From Bacteroidales bacterium (GTDB taxonomy: Bacteria; Bacteroidota; Bacteroidia; Bacteroidales; F082): 64,000 bases of DNA. The stretch spans positions 2,418-66,417 of the forward strand of contig JACZJI010000048.1 in assembly GCA_014860665.1 (NCBI GenBank), read 5' to 3'. The notes beneath the pieces were generated by a model. It searched no databases. It saw only the letters and a list, made by a program, of their open reading frames with translations, and was not told the DNA's origin. Positions 59,280 through 64,000 of the stretch are shown here, piece by piece; within the stretch, counting starts at the first letter, position 1, and each line of letters opens with the position of its first letter. A program made the translations under genes and the position numbers.

Positions 59280-62200
59280 TTACCGTTCTATTACAACTTT
59301 CTTTGCGATGCACCCACCTGCTTTTGTTTGCAATCGCACTATATACACCCCAGAGTTAAGGTTCAAACGCAATACTTGTTTTGAAGTTCCATCAAGCTGA
59401 GACTGATAAATCTTTTCTCCCATCAGGTTATTGATAACGACAGTCCCGTTTAATGGATTATTTGTGCGAGACTGAATATAAATATTGTTCCTATATGCAT
59501 AAACCATGGTCTCCTTCTCCAAGGTTTTCTTTGGAATATCAGCAGTACCGTCGATGATTAATACAAACCTCGCACTATATCCTTGGTTGGCCTCAAAAGT
59601 ATAATTCCCCTTTTCACTCAGATCCACTTTTGTTCCAACACTTAAATCTTTTAATACCAGATGCTTATTCTCAAATACTCCTGCTTGCTGTTGCAGGCTT
59701 ATACTGTATGTCCCTTCAAATGGAATATACATACCCAACTTAACAGTATTTATAGAGTCTTCTTCAGGGTAAGAGTTAACATCCACTTTGACAGAATCAG
59801 AAGTATAGGAACATAGCTGAGGAATAGAAGTATCGAGACTAAACAGTTTCAGTGCATCATACCTGTCTCTTGCATCCTTGCTTCCTGCAATTACCCTAAT
59901 TGTAGTTTGATCATAGTTACTATCCGAACTTAGTTGCAATATGATATCGTTATCAAAAGCTTCTGTTTGTTTCAATATGCTATTGTTTTGATGTACCTGC
60001 ATGGAATGGGTGAAGTTGAAGCTGCCTGCTGCCAAAGCATCAACAAAAAAAGCTTGTCCTGGAGCCAAATAGGCCCCGGAAGTACTTCCGTCAACTACTT
60101 CATAACCTGCTCCGCCAGCTTTATCCGGATCATAAACATATGCAAAATTATCCGCAAAAACAGACAAATCTGCCTTATTCCAGTCAATTGCAGAAGTATA
60201 TGGATTTCCGATCAGATTCCAGCCTTCCCATCGAACTCCTGAGGTATATTCCAGAGGAACTGTCACATCACCAACATTGAAGGGACCGTGAAACTCCATC
60301 GTATTTTTGCCATAGCCTGGAGCGTACGCCACGAGATACCCCTTCCCAGGAATAAACTCTTTCTCAAAGCTGTTGTTCACGGTGTTATCGGATGCGCGCA
60401 CGTTAACCCAACAGCTGGTTTGTGACTGATCAAAAAAATAAAAATCAAAGTCTGTTGACAAGGTTGATGGACTTCCCATCCCATCGGGAACGAAATCGGA
60501 ACCTACAATAGTATCACAACATGAAGCAGAAGAAATCATATGCCATCCATCGTCGTTATCCATATTCTGCTGACGGATGAATGTACCGTCACCGCTGACA
60601 GCGGTATCTACAATTAGTGATCCATCTCCTGAAGCACTGGAAGCAATAGTGAAGGTACCATTATTGATCAAACTGTCAGAAATAGTAAAACTTCCTCCTG
60701 CACTTACAGTGAAAGCAGCATTTTTGTCAACGACAATCTTGTGCGACTTGGCAAAGGTTCCGGAGTCAATTACTGGAAAGTTTGTTGCGCTCCTGTTAAT
60801 GTAAATATCTTTAGTTAAATCTGGTAAAGCATCGTTGTACCAGTTGCTGGTAGTTTGCCAGTCGGAAGAAGTACTACCTACCCAGGAATAGGGTTCCTGC
60901 CATAACAAGAATGGATAACCATCGTTCACAGCATTGTTCATGCCCCAAACGGCAGTAAAATCCCAACTTACAGCGGTAAACGTGGACAGCGTTCGCATAT
61001 GTGCGGTTGTCAGCCCTTGCGAGCCGGTTATATAATCGGCATCGCTACCACTGCCCCATCCGGCTTTCTGTCCTGTAGTTTCAGTATTCCAGAAGCTGTT
61101 GGTGAGGACGGCCTGCCCACCATTATCATAATTCCGTCCAACAAGCCCGCCGAAATAAGAGGTTCCAGAAACAAGGCCCGTGGCATAACAGTTTTGCACC
61201 ATTCCTGAATAATTATCTCCTACAAGTCCTCCGACACCAGAGGTTCCAGAAACACTACCCGAGGCATAACAGTTTTGTTCTGTATCATAACTCTTTCCCA
61301 CGAGGCCGCCAACAACAGAGCCTCCTTTAATAATGCCTATTGCATAGCTGTTTTGTACTGTTCCATAATTATTTCCTACGAGGCCACCAACAACAGAGCT
61401 CCCTGAAACACTACCTGTAGTATAACTACTTTGTACTGTTCCATAGTTATTTCCAACAAGACCACCGACCCAATAATGGCCTGCGACAATGTTCGCATGG
61501 GTTACCCCAATGTTTTTTATCATAGAACTGCTGCTCGTATAGCCAAAAAGCCCCACGTAATCAGTCGAATCACGGGAGATATACAAACTATCAATAGTAT
61601 ACCCCTGCCCGTTGTATGTGCCCGTAAAATGTATCGTTCCGTTTCCGATGGGGGAAAATCCCCCCTCTGAGCTCCAAGTTTTAGTATCTGCGGCATTGAT
61701 GTTGGCCTTCTGAACAAAATAACTACCCCAGGAAAATGAATTCTGGCTTACCCAGTACAGATTGTTCAAAGTGGCTATCTGATAAGGGTCGGATGAGGTC
61801 CCCGAACCTGAAGGAGCAGAAGTAATGGGATATCCCTGCAAGGAAAGAAAAGGGTAGCCCCCATTGTCAGATTTGTTGATGCCCCAAATGTCAGCTGTCC
61901 CGTTAGCAGTTTCTCCCTGGAAATCCCAACCTACATCGGTGAATGTGGGTTCAGTTTGCATTTGTGCAGTTGTTAGTCCCCGTGAGCCGGTTATATAATT
62001 GGTGCTGCTATTGTTACCCCAACCAACAGTTTTCCCTGTGGTAGTAGTATTCCAAAAGCTATTACTGATAATGGCTGGACTGGACCAATTCATTCCAACA
62101 AGGCCACCGCCAGTGCCGTTGACTTTTCCTGTGGCATAACTATTATAAATTGAAGCTGTCCCGTTGCTACCATTATTTATACCCACGAGTCCGCCAGCAT

Positions 62201-64000
62201 CAATGGAGACTGCCGAAACGCTACCCATAGCATAACAGTTTTGCACCATTCCTGAAGAATTATTTCCTACAAGTCCTCCAATCTCGCCGCCACCAGAAAC
62301 GCTGCAAACAGCGAAACAATATTGTACCGCACCATTGTTTGTTCCTGCCAGCCCGCCTACACAATAGAAACCTGAGACATTACCCTTAGTGTAACAGTTT
62401 TTTACCGTACCATAGTTTTCTCCAACCAGACCGCCTGTATAATCAAAGCCTTTGATATTCCCATGGGTCAGCCCCACGTTTTCTATAATTGAGCCGGTGC
62501 CTGTATAACCAAAAAGCCCCATGTATTCAGTCGAACCCCGGGAGATATACAAACTGTCAATAGTATGACCCTGCCCGTCATAAGTCCCTGTAAAATTGGT
62601 TGTAGTATTTCCGATGGGATAAAAGCCATATCCGGAACCCTCTTTTTTGGTGTCTGCCGCATTGACGTCTGCTGTCTGGACAAAATAACTACCCCAGGAA
62701 GACATATTCTGGCTTACCCAGCACAGATTGTTTAAAGTGGCTATATGATAAGGATCGGAGGAAGTCCCGGAACCTGAAGGTGCAATAACAGCGACATATC
62801 CCTGCCAGGAAAGGAAAGGATAACCTCCATTGTCAAATCTGTTCATACCCCAAATGTCAGCCGTCCCGTTAGCTGTCTCCCCCTGGAAGTCCCAGCCATA
62901 CTCGGTAAAAATGATTTGGTTCTGCATTTGTGCGACCAAAAGCCCATTGGAGTTAGTAATATAATTAGTACTGCTGCTACTGCCCCATCCTGCAGTCTGC
63001 CCAGTGGTAGAAGTATTCCAATAGCTGTTCTTTATAATGGCCTGACCACCGTCATCGTAGTTCCATCCAACAAGCCCACCCAGAGAAGTACTTCCCTTAA
63101 TACTTCCGGAGGCATAACTATAAGAAATGGAAGCTATACCGAGAGTCCCCTTATTCCAACCCACGAGTCCGCCAACATCTAAAGTACCCGAAACGCTACT
63201 AGTACTATAACAATTTTCTACCGTCGCCTGATTTTCTCCTATAAGCCCACCAACATCGGAAGTACCCGAAACGGCAGAAGATGCATAGCAGCCTTGTATC
63301 GCACCCTGGTTTCCTCCCACGAGTCCGCCAACACAGGAGGTCCCCGAAATGCTTCCAGTAACGTAACAGTCCAGAACAGTGCCTGAATAGTTGTATCCCA
63401 CAAGTCCTCCGACATATTCATAACCGATGATATTCACATGGGTTACCCCAAGGTTTTTTATAATTGAGTTCTTTGCCGTATATCCAAATAATCCAACGGA
63501 AATAGTCGAATTTTGGAAAATGTACAAACTGTCAATGGTATGCCCCTGACCGTCATATGTACCGGTAAAGTTATTACCACCTATTCCAATGGGAGAAAAT
63601 CCAGCTCCAGAATTCCAGCTTTTGGTATCTGCCGCATCAATGTTGGCCGTTTGGACAAAATGACTACCCCAGGAAGATGGATTCTGGCTTAACCAGCAGA
63701 GATCGTATAAAGTAGCTATCTTATAGGGATCAGAAGAAGTTCCGGAGCCTGAAGGTCTAACAACAGCAACATATCCCTGCCAGGAAAGGAAAGGATAACC
63801 TCCGTTGTTAGATTCGTTGACACCCCAAATGTCAGCTGTCCCATTATTGGTTTCTCCCTGAAAATCCCAGCCCGCATCGGTAAAATTGGATTCAGTCTGC
63901 ATTTGTTTGATTGTAAGTCCATGAGAACCTGTCACATGATCGACATCACTACTACTGTCCCACCCGGCAATTTGCCCTGTCGTTTCAGTATTCCAGAAGC
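59280..64000 (-). CDS. Large T9SS-secreted GLUG-motif repeat surface protein, 5'-truncated by the window edge
   Basis: Many VGGLVG.N GLUG motifs in tandem ~322-aa modules, a C-terminal GWNLIGNPY region and a T9SS CTD (LNSGVYIVRL..AKKVVI). The frame stays open past the track start (GTG 63935) to the edge: FWNTETTGQIAGWDSSSDVDHV. Confidence 0.92.
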   Translation of the reverse strand, partial: FWNTETTGQIAGWDSSSDVDHVTGSHGLTIKQMQTESNFTDAGWDFQGETNNGTADIWGVNESNNGGYPFLSWQGYVAVVRPSGSGTSSDPYKIATLYDLCWLSQNPSSWGSHFVQTANIDAADTKSWNSGAGFSPIGIGGNNFTGTYDGQGHTIDSLYIFQNSTISVGLFGYTAKNSIIKNLGVTHVNIIGYEYVGGLVGYNYSGTVLDCYVTGSISGTSCVGGLVGGNQGAIQGCYASSAVSGTSDVGGLIGENQATVENCYSTSSVSGTLDVGGLVGWNKGTLGIASISYSYASGSIKGSTSLGGLVGWNYDDGGQAIIKNSYWNTSTTGQTAGWGSSSSTNYITNSNGLLVAQMQNQIIFTEYGWDFQGETANGTADIWGMNRFDNGGYPFLSWQGYVAVIAPSGSGTSSDPYHIATLNNLCWVSQNMSSWGSYFVQTADVNAADTKKEGSGYGFYPIGNTTTNFTGTYDGQGHTIDSLYISRGSTEYMGLFGYTGTGSIIENVGLTHGNIKGFDYTGGLVGENYGTVKNCYTKGNVSGFYCVGGLAGTNNGAVQYCFAVCSVSGGGEIGGLVGNNSSGMVQNCYAMGSVSAVSIDAGGLVGINNGSNGTASIYNSYATGKVNGTGGGLVGMNWSSPAIISNSFWNTTTTGKTVGWGNNSSTNYITGSRGLTTAQMQTEPTFTDVGWDFQGETANGTADIWGINKSDNGGYPFLSLQGYPITSAPSGSGTSSDPYQIATLNNLYWVSQNSFSWGSYFVQKANINAADTKTWSSEGGFSPIGNGTIHFTGTYNGQGYTIDSLYISRDSTDYVGLFGYTSSSSMIKNIGVTHANIVAGHYWVGGLVGNNYGTVQSSYTTGSVSGSSVVGGLVGNNYGTVQNSYAIGIIKGGSVVGGLVGKSYDTEQNCYASGSVSGTSGVGGLVGDNYSGMVQNCYATGLVSGTSYFGGLVGRNYDNGGQAVLTNSFWNTETTGQKAGWGSGSDADYITGSQGLTTAHMRTLSTFTAVSWDFTAVWGMNNAVNDGYPFLLWQEPYSWVGSTSSDWQTTSNWYNDALPDLTKDIYINRSATNFPVIDSGTFAKSHKIVVDKNAAFTVSAGGSFTISDSLINNGTFTIASSASGDGSLIVDTAVSGDGTFIRQQNMDNDDGWHMISSASCCDTIVGSDFVPDGMGSPSTLSTDFDFYFFDQSQTSCWVNVRASDNTVNNSFEKEFIPGKGYLVAYAPGYGKNTMEFHGPFNVGDVTVPLEYTSGVRWEGWNLIGNPYTSAIDWNKADLSVFADNFAYVYDPDKAGGAGYEVVDGSTSGAYLAPGQAFFVDALAAGSFNFTHSMQVHQNNSILKQTEAFDNDIILQLSSDSNYDQTTIRVIAGSKDARDRYDALKLFSLDTSIPQLCSYTSDSVKVDVNSYPEEDSINTVKLGMYIPFEGTYSISLQQQAGVFENKHLVLKDLSVGTKVDLSEKGNYTFEANQGYSARFVLIIDGTADIPKKTLEKETMVYAYRNNIYIQSRTNNPLNGTVVINNLMGEKIYQSQLDGTSKQVLRLNLNSGVYIVRLQTKAGGCIAKKVVIER

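Overview
This is a chromosomal window from a Bacteroidota bacterium, probably an anaerobic Bacteroidales-like lineage (inference). Support comes from TAnnTTTG -7 promoter boxes, type IX secretion (T9SS) genes and cargo, the bamD-rpoZ-coaBC-DUF4835 gene order, and signal peptides that end before Gln. Housekeeping genes are gcvP, aroB/aroA, sucC, coaBC, rpoZ, bamD, dapA, queE, folD and ffh. The accessory modules are: (1) a citrate lyase locus with a CitD(ACP)-CitE fusion plus citF and no adjacent citC/G/X; (2) a TetR-cupin-qNor-hemerythrin-(4Fe-4S membrane protein) nitric oxide cluster with a perfect 16-bp palindrome over the predicted transcription start; (3) a BNR/VPS10-repeat protein followed by six tandem 41-bp hairpin repeats and an IS91-type transposase fragment; (4) a signalling cluster with a kinase-less PAS protein, a solute-binding-domain histidine kinase, a single-domain response regulator and a hybrid kinase; (5) a NRAMP-pxpABC 5-oxoprolinase operon; (6) an AONS-family enzyme resembling sulfonolipid cysteate acyltransferases; (7) a membrane-anchored AraC regulator, a 26-bp palindrome and an outer membrane protein; and (8) a large T9SS GLUG-repeat surface protein (5' end off-window) followed by a tiny PID-CTERM-like peptide. 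I saw no rRNA, tRNA or CRISPR array. All family assignments come from motif recognition by eye; no database searches were run.
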